Counted from the first letter of the whole stretch, positions 21,992-32,549 are shown. The stretch: 62,230 nucleotides of DNA, filler included, from a bacterium (GCA_027063545.1; 20 parts of 20 records of this genome joined end to end with filler, not necessarily neighbours in it); one strand, 5' to 3'. Notes: a model not told the origin generated them from the letters alone. Numbers and translations are program-made.

Positions 21992-22152
21992 NNNNNNNNN
22001 NNNNNNNNNNNNNNNNNNNNNNNNNNNNNNNNNNNTTAATTAATTAANNNNNNNNNNNNNNNNNNNNNNNNNNNNNNNNNNNNNNNNNNNNTTCAACTCT
22101 TTTATATAACTATTATAACACCTATTTCAATAATATATGGGAATTTAATAAA

Positions 22153-23286
22153 ATGGAAGTAGTTTTTTTAAGTTATAATTTAATTATTTTTGGTTATTTT
22201 ATGATAGGACTTATACTTATATTCTTAAAAAAACAAAAAAAAGGTATTTGGGAAAAAATATACTTAGAAAAAGAAGGGGCACAAAGTATTGAATCTAATA
22301 TTAAGGCTGAAACTGAAAATAGGTTATCTTATAAAGACATAACAATCATAATTGGCTTTCATAATGAAGAGAAAAAACTTCCTTTTTTACTTGATAGTAT
22401 TTTGAAATATATTCCAAATGAGGTAAAAATAATATTTGTTGATGATAGAAGCAGTGATAATTCTTATAATATTGTTGAAGAGTTTTGCAAAAAAAGAAAA
22501 AATACCACTCTTTTAAAAAAGGAGAAAATTATAAACAAAGATTTATCACCAAGGCAGGACAACATACAATATGCTTTAAATTATATTCAAACCCCTTATT
22601 TTATAGTTCTTGATGCTGATGTAATTATAACAGAATATTATTTAGATAACATTTTAACATTTAAAAAACAAAAATTTTTTGGATATGGCACAACCTTTAT
22701 ACACATAGAAAACCCAAAATCAATTATTGAATATATTGAATACTCAGAACTTTTTTTCTTATTTATAAATTCTTTAATATTTTATCTTTTTAAACTTCCA
22801 GGCTCATGTATGGGAAATAATTTAATTATAAATACAAAAAAATTTAAACAAATAAACGGATATAAAAATATTGGAAAATATATTGTAGATGATATGGCTT
22901 TATATCATTATGTCTATAAAAACTTCTCTCACAAGGAAATTGAGTTTATTCCTAAAGCAAAACTTTATACTTTAAGTTATAAAAACTTAAAAGATCATAT
23001 AAAACAGAAAAAAAGATGGTTTTTTGATTCTATTAGAGTATCATTTAAATACTATAAATTAACATTTTTTGCTTCTATTTTTATGTTTTTAGTATTTTTT
23101 TCAATAATTTGCAATCTTATAATTAACCCTAATCCTATACTTCACATATTTCTTTTTATAAACTCATTTTTATTAATAAAAACCTACACCATACTTTTTG
23201 AAGAAAAACAAATAAATACTATAAAATTATCTTTAATATTTTTCTTAGAACACTACTTTTGGGTTATTTTATGGATTATATACTAA
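22153..23286 (+). CDS. GT2 family membrane glycosyltransferase
   Basis: HNEE, DDRSSD, DAD, DD and QKKRW motifs; C-terminal TM helices. Confidence 0.9.
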   Translation: MEVVFLSYNLIIFGYFMIGLILIFLKKQKKGIWEKIYLEKEGAQSIESNIKAETENRLSYKDITIIIGFHNEEKKLPFLLDSILKYIPNEVKIIFVDDRSSDNSYNIVEEFCKKRKNTTLLKKEKIINKDLSPRQDNIQYALNYIQTPYFIVLDADVIITEYYLDNILTFKKQKFFGYGTTFIHIENPKSIIEYIEYSELFFLFINSLIFYLFKLPGSCMGNNLIINTKKFKQINGYKNIGKYIVDDMALYHYVYKNFSHKEIEFIPKAKLYTLSYKNLKDHIKQKKRWFFDSIRVSFKYYKLTFFASIFMFLVFFSIICNLIINPNPILHIFLFINSFLLIKTYTILFEEKQINTIKLSLIFFLEHYFWVILWIIY

Positions 23287-23297
23287 CTCAATGCTTT

Positions 23298-24614
23298 CTA
23301 TTTCTTACAACTAAAAATAATTACCTGATAATTATTTGAAATGTTTTCTTTAAATATCTTTAATAAATTACTCTTTCTTTTTGAATCTGTATAAGCAAAA
23401 GGTTCATCAAACACAATTGGGACTTTCCCAAAATTATATTCTTCTTTTAAATAATCAAGTAAAGCTAATAAAACACTTAAAGCAAATTGATCTTTTGCTC
23501 CATCTGAAAGTTCATTATAATAGTATTCTATCTTATTCTCTCCTGTTACTTTCCAATAATCTGTAAATTTTCTTTCCTCTTTTTTGTCTTTAATATTCAT
23601 AAAATCATAAGAATATAATATTGCTCTCTTATATTTACCACTTGTTATTTTCTTCAAATAATTGTTTAATGAATTGACAAAAACAGGATTTTTAAAAATC
23701 TGAGTATAAACATTTTTTGAATAATCCTCCAATACTTTAGAGGTAATAGAGATAAGCCCATATAGTTTTTTATGAAGTTCTAAGTATTTATTTAATTTAT
23801 TTAATTCACTGCTAAGTGTTTCAATAGAATAATGTTCCAATTTCTCTTTAAGATTTTTTAATTCTAATCTCAATTTCTCAATCTCAGAGTTATTGTTAAG
23901 TTTTTCTCTCTCTAAATTATTAAGTTCTCTTTCCTTGCTATAATACTCCTCTATTATGTTTTGAAGTTCCTTATCCTTATATTGCTCTAGAAAACTAAGA
24001 TCTAATTCCTTTTTTAAGTTTTCTATGTTTATATCTATTTCTCTATCCTCTTCTTTTAAATAAACATCCTTTATTGTATCCAACTCCTTTTTTGTTTGCT
24101 GAATCTTTATTAATCTTTGATTTAATTTATTAATCTCATCTTTTGTTTTGTCTTTTTTCTCTCTTAATATATTAACCTTTAACTCTTTAATTTTCCTAAT
24201 TAAATCTTCTTTCTCTCTTTCTAAAGATGCTTTCCTTTCAATAGTCTCTTCTGATTTCTGAATTAAATCCTTTATATTCTCTTCTAATCCTATAGAATCT
24301 TTTTCTAAATACTCATTTATTTCTTCTATTTCTATAAAATTTTTAAGTTTTCTTATCATTAAGAATAGATGATCTTTATATGACGCTGATTGTCTTAAGT
24401 TATACCCTTTTTCTTCTAGTTTTTTAATTTCTAAATCAATCTGTTTTAATCTTTCATCTATTTGAGTTATATACTTTTCTGGTTGTTTTTTCAACAATTC
24501 AATCAATTTATCCTTATCTTTTATTGCTTCTTTTACTATATTTAAATAAGTTTCAGCATTTTCTTTTGTTTTATAAATATTGACTATCTCTCGTTTTTTC
24601 TCTATTGATATATC
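23298..24614 (-). CDS. SMC-like/YhaN (SbcC/Rad50-type) ATPase, C-terminal half
   Basis: Long coiled coil, signature LSDGAKDQ, Walker B IVFDEPF. Frame is open to the contig edge. Confidence 0.85.
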   Translation of the reverse strand, partial: DISIEKKREIVNIYKTKENAETYLNIVKEAIKDKDKLIELLKKQPEKYITQIDERLKQIDLEIKKLEEKGYNLRQSASYKDHLFLMIRKLKNFIEIEEINEYLEKDSIGLEENIKDLIQKSEETIERKASLEREKEDLIRKIKELKVNILREKKDKTKDEINKLNQRLIKIQQTKKELDTIKDVYLKEEDREIDINIENLKKELDLSFLEQYKDKELQNIIEEYYSKERELNNLEREKLNNNSEIEKLRLELKNLKEKLEHYSIETLSSELNKLNKYLELHKKLYGLISITSKVLEDYSKNVYTQIFKNPVFVNSLNNYLKKITSGKYKRAILYSYDFMNIKDKKEERKFTDYWKVTGENKIEYYYNELSDGAKDQFALSVLLALLDYLKEEYNFGKVPIVFDEPFAYTDSKRKSNLLKIFKENISNNYQVIIFSCKK

Positions 24615-24728
24615 NNNNNNNNNNNNNNNNNNNNNNNNNNNNNNNNNNNNNNNNNNNNTTAATTAATTAANNNNNNNNNNNNNNNNNNNNNNNNNNNNNN
24701 NNNNNNNNNNNNNNAAGTATAAATAGAT

Positions 24729-25571
24729 ATGTATATTGATAAGGGTAAATTAGGATATATTTATAGAGTCCTCCTGTATTTATTTGGAGGTCTCTTATTT
24801 TTTTATAACTTAATATATTCAGAAGTTGATTCTTTATCTCTAAACTCTAAAGGTGAATATAATTTACCTTTATTGGATACTATAGAAAACTTTTATGATA
24901 GTATATATACAATACAAGCTAAAATAACAATACATTCTTCGTTGATGAAAGAAAATGATTTTATAGAGGGTTTTATCTATTATTGTAAGAATAAAGGTTT
25001 TGTTTATAATATATATACACCTTCCAGATTGGTTATGGGCAATATAAATGATACTATATTTTTAATGGGCGAAGATAGTATATTATATTTGAATACAGAA
25101 ATAAATAGTAAATTTTACAAAAATTTTTCTAAAATATATAATATAAGAAATTACAATTTTTATAAAGTTTTAAAAAATATTTATAAATGTAAAATTACTC
25201 ATGTTTTTAGTGATGAGGTAATTATAAAATGTTTTGTTGATAATCCAAAGTATATAAAAGCAGTTTATTTAAAAATAGATCCTATATATAAGGTTTATAA
25301 ATCTATAGAAATTTATTCTTTAGATGGATATATTATAAATGCAGTTTATATGGAAAATCCTATAAAAAGAGGAAAATTTTCCATAAGCACAGAGATAGTT
25401 AATACAAGAGTAATTTCAAAAGGTTATGAGGTGTCTGATACCCTTAAACTTAGAAGAGTAATTTTTAATAAAAATACTATATACAATAAATGTATTATAC
25501 CTCAAGCTAAAGAGATAAAGTTATTAACAAAGAAGATGGTAGAAAAACAGCTAAAAAGGAAGCTAAAATAG
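24729..25571 (+). CDS. Secreted hypothetical protein, possibly LolA-like
   Basis: Signal-like N-terminus and beta-rich pattern; the fold call is an inference. Confidence 0.5.
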   Translation: MYIDKGKLGYIYRVLLYLFGGLLFFYNLIYSEVDSLSLNSKGEYNLPLLDTIENFYDSIYTIQAKITIHSSLMKENDFIEGFIYYCKNKGFVYNIYTPSRLVMGNINDTIFLMGEDSILYLNTEINSKFYKNFSKIYNIRNYNFYKVLKNIYKCKITHVFSDEVIIKCFVDNPKYIKAVYLKIDPIYKVYKSIEIYSLDGYIINAVYMENPIKRGKFSISTEIVNTRVISKGYEVSDTLKLRRVIFNKNTIYNKCIIPQAKEIKLLTKKMVEKQLKRKLK

Positions 25572-26044
25572 TGGATTTTCGTAATAGATTAATAATTATA
25601 ATACTTTTCATGTTTATTTTATCTATCTCGTGTTATTCTCAACTTATGAAAGGTACTATTTGGTATTATGAAGAATATCCAGTTGTTGATTCCACAGAGT
25701 ATAATAAATATTTTAAGAATTATGAAAAAAGAAAACAAAGGGATTCTTCTCCTTGGATGATAGTTAACCCTATAAAATTTGGCATGGTACTTTTTATAAA
25801 AACATATCAATTCTTCTTTTCTCAGCTTGATGGCTCTCATTGTCAATTTAGACCTTCATGTTCCCATTTTGGTGTTTTGGCTGTTAAGAAATATGGCCTT
25901 AAGGGTATTTTAATGACAGCAGATAGACTCTTGAGATGTAATCCTTTTACCTATAAAACATATCCATTAACCCCAGATAGGAAGCATCATTATGATCCAG
26001 TTGAAAAACATGATCTTAAACTTAAAGACTTATTTAATAATTAG
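25571..26044 (+). CDS. yidD: YidD (membrane protein insertion efficiency factor) domain protein with N-terminal extension
   Basis: YQFFFS...CQFRPSCSHF...RLLRCNP three-Cys motif. Confidence 0.85.
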   Translation: MDFRNRLIIIILFMFILSISCYSQLMKGTIWYYEEYPVVDSTEYNKYFKNYEKRKQRDSSPWMIVNPIKFGMVLFIKTYQFFFSQLDGSHCQFRPSCSHFGVLAVKKYGLKGILMTADRLLRCNPFTYKTYPLTPDRKHHYDPVEKHDLKLKDLFNN

Positions 26045-26879
26045 TATACTATTTTTTATTTGGATTGAAGGTGTTGTAGGTTTATCAATAGATAGTACTT
26101 TTTTTTACTATTTATTTAAAAATGGAGATTATAGTAATGCTTATGTAGAAGGCTTAAAATTAAAATTTTATAATAAGAAATATCAAATTTATGATGATAA
26201 AGAAATATATAAATATATAGCTTTATCTCTTTTTTATACAAAACAATATAGAAAAAGTTTAGAATATTTTAATAAATATTTAAACCATTCAGCAACTATT
26301 GAAGATTCTGTTTTTGATAAGATTATTTATATATATAAAAATGAGAATAACTTTGATGAAATGAAAAATATTTTAGAAAAGTATTATAAAAATAATCGGG
26401 AAAAATATTTATTAAATAAGGCCAAAATTGCTCACTTAGAAAAAAGCTATAGTTTAGAATTAAAAATTCTTGATTCTTTAGTTCTTTTAGACTCTTTAAA
26501 ATATAAAGATTTATCAGAGAGTATACATATTATATTTAATAATAAACCTGAAAATAAAAGTTATTTAAAAGCTTTTATTTTTTCTTTATTTCCAACAGGA
26601 GGATATATATATACAGAAAGATATTCTGATGCTTTATTTACATGGATTACTCTAACACCTTTAGCAACATTGGGTACTTTATATTATTTAAATGGAGATA
26701 AATATAGAAGTTATATAATATATTCTGTTTGTGGGATGTTTTATTTAGGTACAATATATGGATCATTAGTTAGCGTAAAATTATATAATGAAAGAATAGA
26801 AGAAATATTATATGATAAAGTATTAAAAGAGTATGAAAAAAGTAGAAAGACAGGTTTTAATATTAATTTTTCTTTTTAG
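25992..26879 (+). CDS. TPR protein with C-terminal membrane segments
   Basis: TPR-like helices, then SLFPTGGYIYTER and hydrophobic helices. Confidence 0.65.
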   Translation: MIQLKNMILNLKTYLIISILFFIWIEGVVGLSIDSTFFYYLFKNGDYSNAYVEGLKLKFYNKKYQIYDDKEIYKYIALSLFYTKQYRKSLEYFNKYLNHSATIEDSVFDKIIYIYKNENNFDEMKNILEKYYKNNREKYLLNKAKIAHLEKSYSLELKILDSLVLLDSLKYKDLSESIHIIFNNKPENKSYLKAFIFSLFPTGGYIYTERYSDALFTWITLTPLATLGTLYYLNGDKYRSYIIYSVCGMFYLGTIYGSLVSVKLYNERIEEILYDKVLKEYEKSRKTGFNINFSF

Positions 26880-27232
26880 TTTATTATTTAACAACACAAT
26901 ATTATATAGTTTTAAACAAGAAGAAATAGATAAAACTCTTTTTTTTATTTTTTCTTTAGAAAAAAAGATTGATTATTCGTTGCAATTAGGGGATTTTTTA
27001 TACTTTAATGGAGTAAAGGAGAAGGCTTTACTTGAATATAAAAGGGCCTTATTTTATTCTATGGAGTTATCTAATGATAGTTTGATCTACATATCAAGAT
27101 TAAGAATATACAATATTAATATATGGAAGAGTAAAGATATCTTAAGTATAAAATCTAATATAGAATCAATAATAGATAAGTTATATGATAAAGGAAAGTA
27201 TTTATCTATTCAAAAAAACTATAACTATCTTT
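26833..27232 (+). CDS. TPR-like hypothetical protein, truncated
   Basis: Signal peptide; GDFLYFNG..EKALLEYKRALFY. Confidence 0.55.
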
Positions 27233-27332
27233 NNNNNNNNNNNNNNNNNNNNNNNNNNNNNNNNNNNNNNNNNNNNTTAATTAATTAANNNNNNNNNNNN
27301 NNNNNNNNNNNNNNNNNNNNNNNNNNNNNNNN

Positions 27333-27668
27333 ATTGACGGGGTAGATGGCATATAGCAGGGGCATGCCGAGGTGCCAGTAACCTCGTAAAACAACTGGCA
27401 AAACAATAAGTGCAGACGAAAGCTATGCATTGGCTGCTTAATAAATAGCAGCCGGGGTACTTAAGCTGCGCCTCTGGGCTTAAGTTACTCTTCATATACA
27501 GGGGCTGGCCTAAAACCTAGCCTTCGGGTTTTAGGTGAGAGATTATGAAGGCTGGGGATAATGCCCTTTGCCTGTGGAGGGGATTATCCGACAACTAAAC
27601 ACAGGCTAAGCATGTAGTCCCTGCTATAGGCCCTATCTCGGACAGGGGTTCGAGTCCCCTCGCCTCCA
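27333..27668 (+). ncRNA. ssrA: tmRNA (5' end cut by the contig edge); tag (A)ADESYALAA
   Basis: GACGGGG 5' element, pseudoknot 1, tag ORF GCA GAC GAA AGC TAT GCA TTG GCT GCT TAA at 27412-27441, T-arm GGGGTTCGAGTCCCC and 3' CTCCA. Confidence 0.96.
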
Positions 27669-27807
27669 AAAAAGATAAAAATTTCTTTCTCATAAAAAAT
27701 CAATCAAATTTTTGTTTTTATTTTTTTCTCTTATTTATTATTTTTTTTCTCAGAATATTTTTTATCATAATAGTTTTAATATATTTAAGTCAATAGCGGA
27801 GATTATT

Positions 27808-29007
27808 ATGGAGACAGAAGTAAAAAGAGCAAGGGTAATTGTTGACTTTTCTATAGAAAAAAAGATATCTAATAGAGTTAAGTATATTTATAAAAATACT
27901 ATATCTCATATTGTAGGTGATTTTAAAAAAGGCGATATAGTCGATTTATATTCAAAAAAAGGAAATTTCTTAGGACAAGGCTTTATAAATCCTGATTCTA
28001 AAAAAAATCTTATTATTATTCTTACTTGGTCTGGAGAGGAGTTTAATGAAAAAGTTTTAATGGAAAGATTAAATAGTGCTGTAAAGTATAGGTTCAAATA
28101 TGCTTTAAAAAGCCATGAAAGTTTTAGGATTGTAGATGATATAAATGATTTATTACCAGGCCTTATTATTGATAAATTAAAGGATTTAGTAGTCATAAAT
28201 GTTTTTACCCCAGGTTGGCTTAATTTTTTAGATTATATTATGTTTTTTATAGATAACCGTTTTGATGTTAAGACTATTTATTTAAATATTCCTAAAGAAA
28301 TTATGGAAAATGAGAAAATGCCTTATGGTTCAAAAGTTTTAAAGGGAGAAATAAGTAAAAAGGAATATGTTATAGAGGAAAGAGGTTTTAAATTCTTATT
28401 TGATTTTACAAATTATAGGGAAATAGGTGTATTTTTTAAAACAAGAAGTGTAAGAGAGTATTTATATGAAGATATAAATTTAATAGATAAAAGGGTTCTT
28501 TTAATAAATCCTACAGTGGCTGTGGGCGCTCCATATCTTATACATGCAGGTATAAAACAATTATATATATTAAGTAGCTCTAAAGATAAGGAAGAGTTTA
28601 ATAATAAGATATTAAAATTAAATTCATTAATGAATAGTGATGTAATAAAATATATAACTTCCACTAGTATTGAGTATTTAAAAAAGAATTCAGAGAAATT
28701 TGATGTGATAATTTTAGGAGACTTAGATTTTAGTAGAAAAGATTTTAATGAAGATGATTTAAAAAGTTATGGGACACTTCAACAGCTTATTTTTGGGCAT
28801 TTAAAAAAAGGTGGTATATATATTGATATGACTCCTGAAAAGTTTAATAATATAAATAATTATAAAAATCTTATTTTAGATATTGTAAAATCAAGTAATA
28901 TGTATATTCAACTAGTAAAGAGTTTTAGTTACGAATTCGACAAACCTCTTCTTTTAACAGGTAGTATATTACTTAATTATTCTGCAGTTAGTTATAGAGT
29001 TATTTAA
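27808..29007 (+). CDS. RlmI-like PUA/methyltransferase-fold protein with degenerate SAM motifs
   Basis: GDIVDLY..KGNFLGQGFIN PUA domain and D.LPGLIIDK. ATG 27808 after GCGGAG is the likely start. Confidence 0.8.
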   Translation: METEVKRARVIVDFSIEKKISNRVKYIYKNTISHIVGDFKKGDIVDLYSKKGNFLGQGFINPDSKKNLIIILTWSGEEFNEKVLMERLNSAVKYRFKYALKSHESFRIVDDINDLLPGLIIDKLKDLVVINVFTPGWLNFLDYIMFFIDNRFDVKTIYLNIPKEIMENEKMPYGSKVLKGEISKKEYVIEERGFKFLFDFTNYREIGVFFKTRSVREYLYEDINLIDKRVLLINPTVAVGAPYLIHAGIKQLYILSSSKDKEEFNNKILKLNSLMNSDVIKYITSTSIEYLKKNSEKFDVIILGDLDFSRKDFNEDDLKSYGTLQQLIFGHLKKGGIYIDMTPEKFNNINNYKNLILDIVKSSNMYIQLVKSFSYEFDKPLLLTGSILLNYSAVSYRVI

Positions 29008-29021
29008 CGGAGGCAATAAAA

Positions 29022-29844
29022 ATGGATCATAGTTATTTTCTTAATTTAATGGAAAAAGTAAAGGCTAATACCTCTATTTCTGATGAAATGTATGAATTGT
29101 ATAATGTGAAAAGAGGGTTAAGAAATAAAGATGGGACAGGTGTGTTAGTTGGACTTACGGAAATTTCTTCAGTTATGGGATATATAAAGGAGGATGAAGA
29201 GGTAATTCCTATAGAAGGAAAGTTATATTATAGGGGTATTAGCGTTGAAGAAATAGTTGATGGTATTACAAAAGAAAATAGATATGGTTTTGAAGAGGTT
29301 ATTTATTTACTATTAACAGGAGAGTTGCCCAATAAAGAAGAATTAGAAAATTTTAAAATTTTATTAGCAGAAAATAGACATTTACCTAGAAATTTTGTAA
29401 GAGATGAACTTAGTACATTTAAAACACATAATATTATGAATGCTCTTTCTAGAGCTATATTAACATTATATAGTGAAGATAAAAATCCTGATGATATTTC
29501 ATTAGATAATATTTTAAGACAAGGTATTTCCTTAATAGCAAAGTTCCCAGTAATAGTGGCTTATTCATATAGAATTTATTTAGAAGAGTTTAAACATAAA
29601 AGTTTAATTATTCATAGGAATAAGAAAGACTATATGACAGCAGAGAATTTTTTACATTTAATAAGAGATGATTCAAAATTTTCTCCTGTAGAAGCAAAGC
29701 TCTTAGATATTAGTTTGATTCTTCATGCAGATCATGGTGGAGGGAACAATTCTACATTTACAACAAGGGTGGTATCTTCCTCAGGGACAGATACTTATTC
29801 TGCAATTGCAGCTGCTGTAGGTTCTTTAAAGGGTCCTCTTCATG
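29022..29844 (+). CDS. gltA: Citrate synthase family protein, truncated
   Basis: GKLYYRG, LHADHGGGNNSTFT, SLKGPLH. Confidence 0.9.
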
Positions 29845-29944
29845 NNNNNNNNNNNNNNNNNNNNNNNNNNNNNNNNNNNNNNNNNNNNTTAATTAATTAA
29901 NNNNNNNNNNNNNNNNNNNNNNNNNNNNNNNNNNNNNNNNNNNN

Positions 29945-30696
29945 TTAAAATATCAGTCTCAAATAATAAATAATCTAATATCTCTCTCTGGAAATTTATT
30001 GATAAGTTTAGCAAATGCTCTAATTAAATTAAAATGATTTTTTTGTTCAACTAGTCTTCAAATATTAATAAAAATAAAAGTATCATCTTTTATATTATAT
30101 TTCATTTTTAGTTCTTCAATATAACTGTAATTTACTTTATAATCCGAAATATTAAATGAATTAAAAATAACCTCAATTTTTTTAGAATCTATACCTCTAT
30201 TTATCAAATTATCTTTTAAATAACTACTAACAACTATTATTTTATCAGCTAATCTATAATTTATATTTTCTAATAATCTAGTCAATAAGTTAAAAATTTT
30301 TCATTTCTTAATGTTATTCCTTTCATATTCAAAATCATTATGAACAGAAATTACTACTTTAGTTTTTGTTAATTTCCCAATAATATTAGCAGCTAATCAT
30401 TCAATATGAGGATTATAGGCTCTTATTACATTCAAATCAAACTTTTTTACTATTCTTATTCCTTTAACAATATAATAAAATAAATTTATTAATTTACTTT
30501 TTATTTTAAAAGAAAAATATCTAAACTTTCATTTTTTCCTTACATAATTATTCTTTCATTTATACAAAAATATCCCCCTCTTTATTTTTCAATTAGGATC
30601 AAAATACAAATGAGGATATAAACATCTATTATTTTCTAAAATTTCATATTTCTCTAAAGCTTCATTAGGTATGAAAAGAATTCTTATTTCTTTCAT
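29945..30696 (-). CDS. GT4 glycosyltransferase (genetic code 25, UGA=Gly), 3'-truncated
   Basis: One frame with 8 in-frame TGA and no TAA/TAG. Reading TGA as Gly gives ADKIIVVS, FINI[G]RLVEQKN and LFII[G]D[G]. Confidence 0.9.
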
Positions 30697-31319
30697 ATTA
30701 TATAATATCATGTTCTAAAAAATTTTCACAAAATTGGCAAAGATAATATTTTCTCTTTCAATTTTTCAGATAGTCATAATTTTCACCAAAATGGAATTCA
30801 TCATACATAACCAACTTCTTTTATACTAAATCCTCAATCTTTCAAGAGTCTTTCTAAACTATTTCTAGTAAATCATCTAATATGAGTATAATCATCCCAA
30901 ATTATTTTAGGATTATATCAAGGTACCTGAATATATATTATTCATCCCTTTTTTAATAATTTATATAACTTAGAAATAACATTTAAAGGATATAGTATAT
31001 GCTCAAATACATCTAACGCAACAATTATATCATAAACATTTGTCAATTTTGCTTCTATTTCTTCATTTTCTAAATTTTTCAAAAAAATGTTATTATACCG
31101 TTTACTAGCATACTTTATTGTTTCTTTATCAATCTCTATCCCATCTATAATAATAGAATTTCAAAATATTTTTCTTAACCATTTAGCAAAACTTCAATTT
31201 CAAAATCAAAAATCTAAAATTCTCAAATTTTTAGTAATATATAACTTTTCTATCAAATAGCTAACCTTTTCTTCTGAAATATTTCTAAATTCTTCAGTAT
31301 AATAATAACTTTTTCCCAT
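30684..31319 (-). CDS. Class I SAM-dependent methyltransferase (code 25), 211 aa
   Basis: About 15 in-frame TGA. RILDF[G]F[G]N[G]SF motif I, DVFEHI, LLKKG[G]IIYIQVP, WDDYTH. Ends TAA. Confidence 0.92.
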
Positions 31320-32047
31320 TATTTCTTCTTAAGAATAAAAATAAATTTTCCAGAAAAAAAATTAATTACCGGGATACTACTAAGTAATTCATCTAAATAA
31401 TGTCAAAATAAATTTAAAGATAAAATTTTCTCTATTAATTTCTTCCTAAATAGAAAAGGAATAAGATCAAAATAATATATTTTTAAAATTTTAAAACCTT
31501 TATTTTTAAATTTATACATTAAAAATCTTTTAGAATATCCAAACTGTGGAATATCAAAAAATTTTTTTGAAAAGTAATAAGTAAACGAATATTTATTAAC
31601 AAATTCCAATATATAGATTGTCTTGCTATGTCAAATTAAATATAAATTAGATAACAATTTATCTATATCGTCAATATAATATAATGTAGAAAAAGAATAA
31701 ACAAGATCTATTCTATCTTTCAATCCTTTAACAATATTAGTATCCAAAATATTCCCTAAAATAATTTTAATATTGTTAATATTATTCTTTTCTATTTTAT
31801 CTTTTAAAATTTTTATCATATCTGGAGAAATATCTATTCAATAAATAAATCTTACTTTATCTGAAATTTGTAACGCATGATTTCAATGCCCAATTCCAAT
31901 ATCCAAAACATTATAATTTTTATTTAAATATTTATTCAAAATTTTTTGCTTTATTCTAAAATAGAGATTATTCCATTTATCCTTTTTAGCGAAATCCTTA
32001 TGATAATTTATTACTTTTTGTTCAATTATTTTATTAATTTGATTCAT
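31319..32047 (-). CDS. Class I SAM-dependent methyltransferase (code 25), 242 aa
   Basis: VLDIGIGH[G]NHA and IY[G]IDISPDMI. Joins track ORFs 31631-31819 and 31403-31609 in one frame; TAATG overlap with the next gene. Confidence 0.92.
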
Positions 32048-32057
32048 ATAATATCTT

Positions 32058-32449
32058 TTAATTACTAAAATAATAATAATTCTTTTCTACATTAGAATAC
32101 TTCTTTTTAAACTTTTTTATTCATTGCTCTTTAAGATTAGAAGGAGAATAAGCAACCCCCATTAAATCATACTTCTCTATTCCTAAATATCTTCAAAACT
32201 CCAAAGCTCATAATTGTATTAAATCACCAACAAAAAAAGTATTAGTTTTATATTTAGGTAATATTCAAGGTGCAGCAAAATGAGATATGTTATTAAAATA
32301 AAAAAAACTTGCTCATCATAATATTTCACTTTCTTTACCCTTTTTAGAAATTATTACTAAATATGAATTATTTTTCAATAATTTATACGCCTTCCTATTT
32401 ATATAATGAGGAGGTAATTGATGTCACAAATTTCTTTTATCCTCCTTTA
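32058..32449 (-). CDS. FemAB/GNAT-like acyltransferase, C-terminal part (code 25)
   Basis: EIL[GG]ASFFY...GIEKYDLMGV...EQ[G]IKKFKKKY; 7 in-frame TGA; ends TAA. Confidence 0.75.
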
Positions 32450-32549
32450 NNNNNNNNNNNNNNNNNNNNNNNNNNNNNNNNNNNNNNNNNNNNTTAATTA
32501 ATTAANNNNNNNNNNNNNNNNNNNNNNNNNNNNNNNNNNNNNNNNNNNN

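Noticed and set aside
27277-27495. 72-aa minus-strand ORF
   Set aside because: Antisense to tmRNA and runs into the spacer.
27669-27807. Prophage or island integrated at the tmRNA 3' end
   Set aside because: No integrase or duplicated att sequence; housekeeping-type genes follow.
29945-32449. Reading the contig as pseudogenes, as UGA=Trp (table 4) or as selenoproteins
   Set aside because: All interruptions are TGA, with no frameshifts or internal TAA/TAG, which random decay would not give. They occupy Gly motif positions where Trp or Sec is implausible, and TGG is used for Trp.
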